Shown piece after piece: positions 24,981 through 37,029 of a stretch of 64,000 nt of DNA. Numbering within the stretch: position 1 is the first letter of the stretch; each line of letters starts with the position of its first letter. Location of the stretch: positions 162,688,001 to 162,752,000 of the forward strand of contig NC_042998.1 of assembly GCF_006345805.1 (NCBI RefSeq), read 5' to 3'. The position numbers and the translations under genes are program-made. This DNA is from Octopus sinensis. Lineage: Eukaryota. The notes beneath the pieces are model-generated. The model made no database searches, was not told the origin of the DNA, and worked only from the letters and a program-made list of their open reading frames with translations.

Positions 24981-26363
24981 AAAATTTCCCTCTCTGTCTT
25001 CCACGATAATCCAGCGTTTACAATACTTTTTTCGTCTGGCGTTAACAGCCCTTCTTATCTTGTTCTCCTTGTCTTGTCTCTCACTGTTATATATTTATTT
25101 TTCCACTGTTTATATATATATTTTTTACTGTTTATATGTTTGTACTGTCGTTACCGTCTTGCTTTTTTTTACCCCTCTGCGAAAAGATCTCAGAATTTTA
25201 ATTGATTTGCTTTTCGCGGGAAGGAATTTTTCTTCGAGTATACGTCTCGCTTTTATCCTTCGAAACGTTTAGTAGATGAAATCTTAGCGCTGAAGAAGGG
25301 GATTTTTCGTTGTGCTTATTGTCCTGTATCTCTCCCTTTTTTTTTGCTTGTCTTGTCCTGGTTTGTGTCTATGTGTTTCGTCTCTCTATGTGTTCGACGT
25401 CTTTTTGGTGTCCTGTACACATATATGCGTGTATATGTACATGTAGAGGTAGGTACGTACATATATGTTTATATATATGCATATATTCTATTTTATTAAC
25501 ATATTATACGATTAAACGCAGCACGCACACTAAGTAAGATTGTTCTGTTTATCAAGTTAGCCTTGATATTAACTCTCACGCGACTCTGCATCTTTCTTTC
25601 TTTCTCTCCCATTCCCTTTTTCGTTTTTTTTCCCTCACTTAACTTGTCTCTTCCTCTCTCTCTCATTCTTCATTCTCTCTCTCCCTTTCACCATTCTTCA
25701 TGGTCTCCTCGCACCATTCCCCTTCTCTCTCTTCCTCTTGCTCCTCCTCCCCCATTCCCGTCATCCATCTGCGACGATACTTCCGTCGTAACTGCTTCCT
25801 GTCTTTTCTCGCCCGCCTTGCAAGGCTTCTGGTTGACAAAATTTCCCTCTCTGTCTTCCACGATAATCCAGCGTTTACAATACTTTTTCGTCTGGCGTTA
25901 ACAGCCCTTCTTATCTTGTTCTCCTTGTCTTGTCTCTCACTGTTATATATTTATTTTTCCACTGTTTATATATATATTTTTTACTGTTTATATGTTTGTA
26001 CTGTCGTTACCGTCTTGCTTTTTTTTACCCCTCTGCGAAAAGATCTCAGAATTTTAATTGATTTGCTTTTCGCGGGAAGGAATTTTTCTTCGAAGTATAC
26101 GTCTCGCTTTTATCCTTCGAAACGTTTAGTAGATGAAATCTTAGCGACTGAAGAAGGGGATTTTTCGTTGTGCTTATTGTCCTGTATCTCTCCCTTTTTT
26201 TTTTTTGCTTGTCTTGTTCCTTGGTTTGTGTCTATGTGTTTCGTCTCTCTATGTGTTCGACGTCTTTTTGGTGCCCTGTACACATATAGATGCGTGTATA
26301 TGTACATGTAGAGGTAGGTACGTACATATATGTTTATATATATGCATATATTCTATTTTATTA

Positions 26364-26368
<5 letters not shown>
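24981..26368 (+). mobile_element. Family A repeat-spacer-repeat element inside (TA)n
   Basis: ~525-bp direct repeats at 24981-25503 and 25838-26368 (period 857), near-identical, separated by a ~335-bp unique CT-rich spacer; TA runs on both outer sides. Confidence 0.85.
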
Positions 26369-26399
<31 letters not shown>

Positions 26400-26862
26400 T
26401 ATATCTATATATATATATAATATGTTTATATATATATATATATATATATAATGAATGTTTTATATATATATATATATATAATGAATGTTTTATATATATA
26501 TATATATATAAAATGAATGTTGACCCTATTTCTCTCACTTTGCCATCAGAACTAACTGATCAAAAGCAAAATTTCGAAACGCACCTGTACTTTTAGGACA
26601 GTTAAATTAAATGAAAACTGTCATAATTTGTTCTTTATTTATTTATCCACCTCTCAAAATGCTGAGTCGGCTCAGACATAACCAATTTAAGTTAATCACC
26701 TGTATAGATTTATTCTATTTTAGAAATATTGTATTGCTTCTGTCGTCGGAACTAAAATAAATCCTAATCAATAACATTGAAGGAGTTTAACTTTAATTTT
26801 AGCTGCAGGTTACCTTCTCCATCGCTGCAGAATTATATATATATATATATATTATATAATAT

Positions 26863-26897
<35 letters not shown>

Positions 26898-26930
26898 GGA
26901 GAGAGAAAAAGTGAGATAGATAGGTAGGTA

Positions 26931-26996
<66 letters not shown>

Positions 26997-27049
26997 AGAT
27001 AGATATAGAAAGATAGTCAGACAGATATTTATCTTATTTTTTATTTATC

Positions 27050-27411
27050 TTTTATTTTTATTCACTAGTTTCAGTCATTAAACTGCGGCCATGCTTGGAC
27101 ACCGCCTTGAAGAATTTTTTGTCGAATGACTTCAGTCCTTTTTTTTAAACCAGGCACTTATTCCATCGCCCCCACCCACCCACTCCTTTGCCGAACCGCA
27201 ACGTCACGGGGACGTAAACATTCCATCACCGGTTGTCAAGCGATGATGGTGGGGATAAACACACGCACAATGACACAACGCACAAAGACAAACCAAATCC
27301 ATTCACAAGGCTCTTGTCGGCCCGTGGCTGTAGCAGAAGGTGCCAAACAGTGGGACAGAACCCAGAACCATGCGGCTTGGAAGCAAGCTTCTTACCACAC
27401 AGCTACGCCTA
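27050..27411 (-). mobile_element. SINE S1
   Basis: Homology to other S1 copies. Confidence 0.85.
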
Positions 27412-27720
27412 TACATCATGCAAATACATACGTATATGCATACATAGATATGTATGTATTGTAATTAAGTGAATAAAACGGCATTTAATTTAATTCCTGT
27501 TTTTAATACGAGACTTAAATTGATTCATTTCTGATGTTAATTAGAAAATAGAACATGAATGCTTGATATATAAGGTTTCAGGGATTTATTCTTTTGTTGG
27601 ACTCTGTTATGAAACGTGGTATCATTTTATCGTCCTCATGGTATCGTTTTATCCTAATTACAAAGTGTTAGGAACGCACGCAAACACACACGCACACATG
27701 CGCACCCGCACATTTTTATA

Positions 27721-27938
27721 CGAAGGGGTGCTGAAAAGTTCTTGGCTTTAAAGGTGTCGTGAAAGGCCTGGCTGGAGGCTCAGCCTTCCGAGTTCGCTTC
27801 AGGACTTAGAAAAACTAAAGGACCGATGCAATAAGTGGGTGAATCTGAGAGGGGATTATGTTAGATAACATCATAATTAACTGATCCTCTTGTATATTTT
27901 TTACCCAAAGCCAGGAACTTTTCAGCACCACCACCCCG
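27721..27938 (+). mobile_element. Mariner-derived MITE
   Basis: TA|cgaaggggtgctgaaaagttcttggcttt ... aaagccaggaacttttcagcacc..cccg|TA; the interior retains the transposase end QDLEKLKDRCNKWVNLRGDYVR*. Confidence 0.85.
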
Positions 27939-27944
27939 TACACA

Positions 27945-28640
27945 TAGGTGGCAGTGTGGCAAGAAGTTTACTTCCAAACCACATGATTCTGAATTCAGTC
28001 TCACAGCGTAATACCTTAGGTAAGTGTCATCTACTATAGTCCCAGGCGCGAATTTTTTTCCCACAAGAGTTCCGGACCTATTATAAGCACATTTGCATAC
28101 AGCCAGAGTTCAACTATCAAGCTAATTTATGAGCGCATAACAAGTGATGGGCGATAAGATAGCTCATTTGGTTAAGGAATGACCGCGCTTCTTTTCTCTC
28201 TTAATAATGCTTGTTGTTCTTGTTCTTGTTTCAACCATGGCTACCTCTGCGTAGTTATTTGTTGTTGTTGACTTTGTAAAGCAGTAAGCGGGGAGGGCTG
28301 CTAGTACATCACCCTATACCTACGTTTTCCCCATCCACATCTTTACAATATGGGGCCCTAACAAAATCCGATAATGTGTATAGATGCAAATCTATCTAAT
28401 TACTTGTCTCCTTGGCATAATTTGGCGATCGGTCGACTTACAACACCATTCTTCATCTTGAGTTTACTTGGTAGAGTGTGTTTTTAACTTGACAACACGG
28501 TCAAGGTGAGCTCTGATTGGCTGTATGCAAATGAGTTCATTGCTGGGATCTGGAACTCTTGTGGGAAAAAGAAATTCGTGTCCCAGGCTGGCCATGCCAA
28601 TGGATTTGGTAGACAGAAACTGAAAGTAGCCCGTATACTG
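27945..28640 (+). mobile_element. SINE S1 head interrupted by MITE E2
   Basis: S1 head runs to ctactatagtccca (~28044) and resumes as ggctggcc..tggatttggtagacagaaactgaaag (~28585-28640). Confidence 0.75.
28045..28582. mobile_element. MITE E2, same termini as E1 but opposite orientation
   Basis: ggcgcgaatttttttcccacaagagttccggacc..cATTTGCATacagcc (left); gattggctgtATGCAAATgagttcattgctgggatctggaactcttgtgggaaaaagaaattcgtgtcc (right). Confidence 0.8.
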
Positions 28641-28709
28641 TAGCCATTGACAAGAGTCTCTTCTTGATACTTGCTTTTTTTCAGTGAGAAATATTAAATC
28701 TGTCATTGA

Positions 28710-29235
28710 TGGGACTAAGGTGTGTTTCAGCCTCCACTGTGCATTCTTTCGGCTCCCACCCATTGTTATGCCGTCATAGCGCTGGCCACCTTCTACGCGA
28801 TGTCGTCCTTAACAAGATCATAAAGCGTGACCTAGGCGCTACAGGTTTCCTTTTCAGCTCGAACGCACAGGACTAGACCGAGAGAATGGTAAAAGGCCGG
28901 ACGGTATGGCAATTTTACCGTTCCGTTTTGGCAGGCTTCTCCAGCAGCAACTTGATGCGGTCAGCTACCAAGCCCAGGCTCCATTGCTCGTCAGGCTGAG
29001 AAAAACAATCTGTCTAAATATCAGTCGCTCTTCGACAGATTTATGGTTGAGTCATTTTAGAGTGGAGACCTCCGGCGTTCTTGGCCCTCGGACCATATCC
29101 CTGTTCACCGCAACCGGGACAGAGATGGCTCTCTGCAAGTGCGAGCCCCAGAGTCAGAGTGATTGTTTCAGTGCATCTCCCACGCCTTCATCCGGGGCAA
29201 CGCCTTTTCCATTTTGTCTACTGGGGCTACGGAGA
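28710..29235 (+). pseudogene. CRE-clade-like non-LTR retrotransposon 3' end (zinc knuckle plus restriction-like endonuclease)
   Basis: Across frameshifts: GSHPLLCRHSAGH, VLNKIIKRDL, GLDRENGKRPDGMAILPFRFGR, AEKNNLSKYQSL, VETSGVLGP, QCISHAFIRGNAFSILS. This is the H-x3-C / RPDG / ETxG / RGNA motif order of CRE-type REL elements. Confidence 0.8.
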
Positions 29236-29394
29236 TAACTTATGGCAATGTTTAACTGCAGTTTTCATGAAAAGGCTTATATTATTCAATCAAATTATTC
29301 ATAATGAACAAAACCAATTTTCTCTATTACATATTATAGTATATGATATATGTCGTGTGAAATATACTGGAAAGTTAGTTAAAAGAAGTTAGTA

Positions 29395-29575
29395 TACATA
29401 CAAGTAAATGAGTTTACTTGTATATATAAAAGTAAACTTATTTTACTTGTATATAAAATGAGTTTGCATTTTATATGTAAACTCATTTTATATATAGTTT
29501 ACGTATAAAATGTAAACTGTATATATATATATATTTTACATTTATATATAGTTTATAAATGTATATAAACTGTAT
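29395..29575. repeat. AT-rich nested inverted-repeat tract
   Basis: tacaagtaaa-tgag-tttacttgta; ataaaatgagttt...aaactcattttat; repeated gtaaact/agtttac. Confidence 0.7.
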
Positions 29576-30117
29576 ACGACAGCGAACTGAGTTTAAAACG
29601 TAGTTTCATCAATTGTAAGCGAGAGCAAGATGGCTTTCACAATTACAAAACTTTTGACGTTCTGAAGTTTTGTTTGCAATTGGGATTATTTCCTGAGATA
29701 AACGGAACAGACGCAGGCTTAAAGCGTTGAAAATAACGTAATTGGTTATATTTGAAGCTCAATTTACCCATTTGTTATTAGATTTTTTGTTAATTTTTTT
29801 TTCCATATTTTTTTCTTTGCATGTTCACTTTTCTATTCTGAGGTTGTTGTTTTAAACCGTTTCATAGTCATTTCATTATTGTGCTTAGTTTAGTTACTTT
29901 GTCATGGCAGTTATTTTTTCTTTCATCTAATGCTATTTTGCTGGGGTTTCTTTTTTCCTTTTCTTTAACTTTTTTTCTTTCTCATCTCTTAAATCTTCCT
30001 TCCTGTTGTTTGTACAATACTGTCGTCAGACATTCCATGTTATATAGATGGGTTTCGTTTTGCTGTAAAAAATAGACCGCGACGAGATCTACTAAGGGAA
30101 TTGAGAATTTAATATTA

Positions 30118-30318
30118 GTTTCCAATTTAGGCACAAGGCCAACGATTTCAGGGCAAAGGGATAAGTCGGTTACATTGACCCCAGTGCTCGACTGCTACTT
30201 ATTTTATCGACCCTGAAAGGATGAAAGGCAAAGTCAACGGAATTTGAACTCAGAACGTAAAGACGGATGAAATACCGCTATGCCCCGAGTGCTAGCGATT
30301 CTGTCAGCTCGCCGCTTA
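30118..30318 (-). mobile_element. SINE S2
   Basis: ttgaccccagtgctcgactgctacttattttatcgaccctgaaaggatgaaaggcaaagtc..ttctgtcagctcgccgctt. Confidence 0.85.
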
Positions 30319-30454
30319 AATTGAGAATTTAATACTGACGATGGTAGTAGTGGTGGTGAATTTATAATAATGGTGTTAGTGGTGGCTGTGAGAGTTGTAA
30401 TGATGAGCACTTTGTTTTAATTGTTGGGATTACACTAATGAATGTGCAAACTAC

Positions 30455-30629
30455 GGAAAAAAATGCTCACCGGAATTTCATCCGTCTGTACGTTCTGAGT
30501 TTAAATTCCACCGAGGTTCACTTTTTGGGGTTGGTAAAATAAATTACCAATCGAGTTTGGTGGTGAGTTTCAATGTAATCGACTATCCCCCTACCCCAAA
30601 TTTCTAGCCTTGTGCCTATAGTAGAAAGG

Positions 30630-30632
<3 letters not shown>
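30455..30632 (+). mobile_element. SINE S2 ending in (ATT)n
   Basis: cgttctgagtttaaattccaccgagg..gccttgtgcctatagtagaaaggattattatt. Confidence 0.8.
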
Positions 30633-30670
<38 letters not shown>

Positions 30671-30671
<1 letters not shown>

Positions 30672-31192
30672 GAGTGAGAGAGCAGTGCGTACCATCAAAG
30701 TGACACTGGGGTAAAATATACGAAGCCCAGTATACCCATCATGATTACCTATCTGATAAACACATGCATCATAACTATATGTGCGTGACATGGTGATCTC
30801 ATATCAAGATAAACAGCACATGAGCTTGCAGGTGGGGCCCAGTTAGAATTTTCTTCTGAATTTTTTTCCTGAATAAGGGTTATTTAAGGATGTTGAACGA
30901 AGCACCCATGTTTCCAGAGGTGAATTATTCAAACCCCAAAGAATCACTCCCAACACATGGCTATGATGCTCCCCCACTCCCCCACTACTTCTGCTTGTGA
31001 TCAGAGATGCATATATCGTGAGCCACTAAGGGACATGCTCAACTGGTTATGGTCAAACAACTGACAGGCAAATCTGTGGTATTGAGCAGAATATTTGCTG
31101 TAGCCCATCTTTTATAGCGAGACAAAACAATGTACATCCAATCAGTTAAGATCAGAAGCCACGACAGCCACTGCCTGGTACTGCATCAGGGC

Positions 31193-31195
<3 letters not shown>
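30671..31195. mobile_element. Unclassified ~525-bp complex insert bounded by (ATT)n on both sides
   Basis: Unique complex sequence between (ATT)n tracts at 30631-30670 and 31196-31265. I recall it as an octopus dispersed repeat, but it is single-copy in this window. Confidence 0.35.
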
Positions 31196-31252
<57 letters not shown>

Positions 31253-31264
31253 CATCATCATTAT

Positions 31265-31435
31265 TAAGGTGGCGAGATAACACGCCAGGCAAAATGCTTA
31301 TAAGCATTTCGGTCGTTCTTTACGTTCTGAGTCCAAATTCCACCGAAATTTGCTTTTCACCCTTCCGGGGCCGATGTAGTCGATTTCCTTATCTCCTTAA
31401 AAATTGCTAGCCCTGTACCAAAATTTGAAACCATT
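31265..31435 (+). mobile_element. SINE S2
   Basis: aaggtggcgag..aaatgctt..cgttctgagtccaaattccaccga..aaaatttgaaacca. Confidence 0.75.
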
Positions 31436-31768
31436 TTATACATTTCCTTTTATACATTTTATTTTCGTCTCGTTTTGTGCGAACGATATGCGGATCTTAT
31501 GAGAGAAAAATGAAACAGTTTTTTCTGGTTCTATTTTTACATCGGCGTTTGTTTATACTGAGTAGATCACATTCATAGAAGGCAATAATCTATCTGTCCG
31601 TAGACTGCACTAACTTGAAGCAATAAAACACAAAATGTAGTTTACACAGCTTTCCAAAATCAGAGGTAATGGAATGGTTACTTGCGTATGTGCGTGTGGT
31701 ATGTCTATGTGTGCGTGCCTATTTTTATGTCTATATGTATGTATGTGTGTATGTTTATATGTATATAT

Positions 31769-31855
<87 letters not shown>

Positions 31856-32357
31856 CATACACGCACACACGCATATAAATGCATATATATATATATACAC
31901 ACATACTTGTATGTGTGTGTGTATGTATGTGTTAATGTGCATATATATATATGATGGCGGCGGTTGTAGTGATGGTAGTAAAAGTGTTGGTGCCTGGAAA
32001 CGTTGTGGAATTCCAAATAAGATAATTTCTACCTTGTACGTTCCGTTGGTTGTACAATAAACTTACGTTATTTCATTTTTGAATTTAATTCATTTCATAG
32101 TTTTATTTTAAATTTTACCTTTTTTTTCTAATATTTTATTATATTATATTATACTATGGTTCTGTCTTCAATTATTTATTTATTTTTCATTCGGATTCAA
32201 AATATCAACAACAACAACAACAACAACAAAACGACAGCAGAACAACAGCAAAAAATGGATTTCTTCTCGTTAAAAGTTGATTTACCATATAAACTTGCCT
32301 AAGAACATATGCCGCCGATAAGGCTTATATCTGAGAGAGATTAATTGATTACACATA

Positions 32358-32405
<48 letters not shown>

Positions 32406-32741
32406 TGTGTGTGCGGGTTGGGTAGTAAGGCGTGTGGCAAATGGCAGCTCTGGGAACTGGGAAAGCTTTTTAGTGATGTCGTCGGGAGCGCTGCAAGAAG
32501 GAAGACGGTGGAGGAGGAGGAGGAGGAGGAAGAAGAAGAAGAAGAGGAAGAAAAAGAAGAAGAAGGGTTGATTATATTGCAACGACGGTGATGACGACAA
32601 TAAACAACAGCAAGAATAACAATAACAACGGCAGCAGCAGCAACGCCGACAACACCGTTGACGAAAACAACATCAAGAACAACAACATACCAGATTATGA
32701 GGGCTTGTGTAGGTGGAGTGAAAGTAGAACGGTGCAGGCAT

Positions 32742-32778
<37 letters not shown>

Positions 32779-33371
32779 GTGTGTGAGTGTGTGTGTGTGA
32801 GTGTGTGAGTGAGTGGAACAACACGAAGACCTGGCTAAAAGACAGAAAACAATTATCGGCTAATTACCAAATTGATGACGTCGTGGAAAGGGGAAGCTAG
32901 TTAAGAAGATCGCGTGTGTGTGTGTAAGAGTGCGTGCGTATGTATGTGTGTATGTGTGTTTATAAGTGCGTATATTTATCAACCCACACCCATCACTGTT
33001 GGTGGAGGCGGTGTTGGTGGTATTTGTGTTTGTGGTGGTGGTGGTGGTGGTGTTAGTAGTTAACGGTTGTAGCGGTGGTGGCGGTGACGTGATAGTGAGT
33101 TTGTGGTTTCAAAAGATAATGATGGCGATAGTGTACTATTGAGGAAGGGAAAGGTGGTGGTGGTGGTGGTGGTGATGGTGGGGGAGCTGTGCAGCGACAC
33201 AACGATGGAACTGGGCTGTTTGTAGATAAGTATCGCAGACTGGACGGGTGAAAGAGCAACTGTTCACTCGATAAGTACATTACTGCATACACACACACAA
33301 GCGCACGCACGGTTGTGTGTGTGTGTGTGTGTGTTCATATATATATATATATATATATATCAAATATAATA

Positions 33372-33761
33372 TGGTGGACTGGTAGAATGCTTAGCGGCAT
33401 TTCGTCCGTTTTTGCGTTCCGAGTTCAAATTTCGCCGAGGTCGACTTTACTTTTCATCCTTTCGGGTTCGATAAACCTGTCAAGTACTAGGGTCGGCTGT
33501 CCCTCTCCCCGCAAAAGCTGAGGTCTTATGCTTAAATTTGAAAAGATTATTGTTATTGCTAGCAGTATCGTTAGCACGCTGGACGAAATACTTAGAGGTA
33601 TTTCGACCGTCACTACGTTCTTAGTTCAAATTCCACCGAGGACCACTTTGCCTTTCATTCTGTCGGAGTCGATAAAATAAGTACCAGTCGTGTACTGAGG
33701 TCAATGTAATCAACTAGTCCCCTTTCCTGAAATTTCAGGCCTTGTGCCTATAGTAGAAAGG

Positions 33762-33768
<7 letters not shown>
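33372..33768 (+). mobile_element. Two tandem SINE S2 copies
   Basis: Two successive S2 bodies (33372-33548 and 33563-33768), the second ending in (ATT)n. Confidence 0.8.
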
Positions 33769-33820
<52 letters not shown>

Positions 33821-33939
33821 CATTATTGATTCATTCGACTAAAAGTTCTTCAAGGTGGTGCCCCAGCATGGCCAAATTTATCCTCTATGTCGAGCATTTA
33901 GAAGTCCCTTTCTGTTTGATATCTCTTGATATCAATGAA

Positions 33940-34720
33940 ACACTATAAATATGGACTTCGTAGTTGAAGTTCTCAATATTGAGCACTACGCATTGCAGAC
34001 GCCATTGAACTTTTCATGACTTTGACAAAGAGTCAAGATTGACGGAATAGTTCATCCCAAAAGACTAAGGGAGTGATTGCTTCCGATTCTTGCGTTCTTT
34101 ATACCAGATATCTTGTAGTATTTGTTACATGCGATTGTTTCTGTATTGATTCCATAACCATCGAAAAAAAAGACAATAGAACTGATGCGCCAAATAACTA
34201 CGATACACAGTGAACATGGAATGTTATGCTGACTCTTGCTGTCAGTCCATATGCTCAAAAGTCCTTCCATATTTTCCATTATGAAGTTTCTATTCCTAGT
34301 TGATTATGCAGCAGCTAAAAGAGGTTACAGTTTGAGCATAAACATTTTTCAATATAAACTTCACAGCGAATTGTAGCAGCCAAAAGGGGTTACAGTTTGA
34401 GCATAAACATTTTTCAATATAAACTTCACAGCGAATTGTAGCAGCCAAAAGGGGTTACAGTTTGAGCATAAACATTTTTCAATATAAACTTCACAGCAAA
34501 TTGTAGCAGCCAAAAGGGGTTACAGTTTGAGTATAAACATTTTTCAATATAAACTTCACTGCGAATTGTTCGTTGAAGACCGAGGGCTTTTCCAATATTT
34601 TCACAGATCATCGTCAAATCTCCATAACTTTTAAATTACTTCTAATGGTAAATTTCTTCTGTGTTTTTCCTTTTTGTGATTAAAGAAAAGAACTGTGCAG
34701 ACTCCACGTTTAGCTGTCAT
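33940..34720 (-). pseudogene. pogo/Tigger-like transposase remnant (HTH-psq plus CENP-B HTH)
   Basis: MTAKRG..KKEKHRRNLPLEVIKSYGDL..ENIGKALGLQRTIRS and IMENMEGLLSIWTDSKSQHNIPCSL (cf. MEKLLxxWIxDxxQxxIPLS). Confidence 0.7.
34311..34569. repeat. 65-bp minisatellite, 4 copies
   Basis: gcagccaaaaggggttacagtttgagcataaacatttttcaatataaacttcacagcgaattgta at 34311, 34376, 34441 and 34506; near-identical, no spacers. Confidence 0.95.
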
Positions 34721-34812
34721 TGCAACAAGGCTAAACCAAAGAATATTTTTAAAGGGGAAAATATGAAAAGCACTTTATATCTCTCAAACAGCAACAAATA
34801 GTGATTAGAATA

Positions 34813-35545
34813 CGGTAAACCTCGTAGTAGTTGGACCCCTGTCAACGTTTATTTATTTGCTTCAATTTAATTTAATATTGCATCTAAACGACTAGTAAAT
34901 AAATTGCTATTGGAAAATCGAAAAGCAAACGTTTTACGGTCAATGTATCTAAGAGAGATCAAACAGACCCAGGTGAATAAAACATATTAATTTGAATTTT
35001 TTAAATACAATTTCGTTCTTTTGGTTTCACTGTGTCAGTAAAAGCGTTTACATCTTTATGATGGGCAGGTAACGGTATAACGATTGTAGCTTAGTTAACA
35101 CTGGTGAAATACAGCAATGTACGAGTTAATTTGTTCCTGGAGGTCGCTCTGAAAGCGAAAACTTGTAAAGCAGAGTAATAATTCCCCATAGTAGCAATGT
35201 TATAAATCGAAATTCGTTCCCAGAAAAATATTTTACCAATAGAATGTCAAGATCTTTTGTAATAAAAATTATCATCATAATCATTTTCTGAATCGTTTTC
35301 AATCGCACTAAACTCGCACACACCATCACTTGTAGACGCGATCGCCGATTCACAAGCACTCGTAGACGGACTTGTTGATACCTTTAAAAAAAAACAAATC
35401 TAGAGTTGTTTGCCCAGAAGAAGCTTTTTTTCGATCTCTATAAATTTCTTGGTAACACGCAGAAGCTCTTGTTATTGTAATAGAAAGACTTTTGCATCTC
35501 GTTCAAAATTTGGATCCTGTGCTTGTAAAATAAAACTCGTGAACC
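34813..35545 (-). mobile_element. Second Tigger-like element: transposase C-terminus and 3' terminus
   Basis: QAQDPNFERDAKV..ACYQEIYRDRKK, frameshifted GQTTLDLFF, then an acidic tail; terminus TA|cggtaaacctcg at 34811. A further Tigger-like end (acgacgttaaacgaaaggacgtt..gcttg|TA) lies at 35765-35822. Confidence 0.65.
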
Positions 35546-36160
35546 CGGGTTCTCGTAAAGTGAGTCCTTGTAAAGTGAAGTATTAATGTATATAAATTTG
35601 GATGACTAGTATCCTTACCTATAATTTATTTATATCCGTAACTAAAATGAAAATGCAACGAGTTACAAAAGAAACAAATATAGAATAATATCAATTCACA
35701 TTCAGTATGAGAGATGTACACTTTGTGAATTCTTATTTGACTGTATTTGGTTGAAATTATTTCATATCAACGTTATAAGAAACGACGTTAAACGAAAGGA
35801 CGTTAAGTAAAGACAGCTTGTATATAAACTCCGTTAACGACACCTTCACAACTGTGGACAAGATGGGAACCCCCACCACTCCATTCTGGCACGCGCCGCA
35901 TTTCTTTGTGGAAGCTTGTGTATTAAACGGACGTGGAGCTAGGTCATTAGCGATGGTCTTTTAATGTGTGCATACTTCTTGTATAAATATGTGTGTATGT
36001 GAATTGGTTACACATGTTTATGAGGAAGTGAGGGAGAATATATAAATATTTATTGAAATTTATCGCTTACCAACTAACTGCAACAGATGTATGAATGTTA
36101 ATCACACAAACACATAGGCGCGCGCCTGTTTCACGAATATATGTGTACATACATACATAC

Positions 36161-36234
<74 letters not shown>

Positions 36235-36519
36235 AAGTGTGTACAGAGATTCCTAAACACCTGGAAACACTCAAAGAGACATACACACGCATATACAAGC
36301 AAACGCACTTATATACTAATAAAAATAGTCACCCGTCCTTAAATACATTATACGCACACGCACACACACACATGAACACATACACACACACGTCTATCAA
36401 ATTATATATGGATGTATATGTTAAAAAAATCATGTGTAGATAATTGAAATAAACAGGAAAATGTCTAGCGCCTGACGTTCGTGAGGACATACGTACACAC
36501 ACGCACACACACTCACACA

Positions 36520-36558
<39 letters not shown>

Positions 36559-37029
36559 AATGCATGGTTTGCAAGAGTATATAGAGGTATACATAAAAGT
36601 ATGTACATAAATATGTATACATATATGTATACATACAGGTATCCTTAGTCATACGGTAAAGTGTCAAAAAATTTTAAAAAAATACTCCAATGTGTGTATA
36701 CACCCATGCATTCCTACACACACGTGTGTGTGTGTAGGTGTGTGTGTGCTCGTGCATGTGTGAGTATGTGTATGCGTGTTTCCGCGAATCATGGGGATGG
36801 GAGTCTAGCAATGAGCTTTAAATCCGGTCCCCCTCCCTCTATTTCTCAATATCTGGCTCTCTCTTTCTCCTTCTGAAAACCCCCTGTCCAGGACAAAAAT
36901 GGTAAAGAGTATTGTCACATGTCAGATATAGAAACCAAAAACCAGAAACTTCTTCCTCGTTTGAAACTATTTTTATTCTCTATTTCAATATTTATTTTCT
37001 ACATTTGCTGTTTATATTGACGTTGCCTC

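Noticed and set aside
25700-26311. 203-aa ORF across family A spacer and second repeat
   Set aside because: Low-complexity L/F/S-rich product of a pyrimidine-rich strand; the matching region of the first repeat is frameshifted relative to it.
34311-34569. CRISPR-like array
   Set aside because: Units are contiguous and near-identical with no unique spacers, in a eukaryotic context, and lie inside a Tigger remnant.
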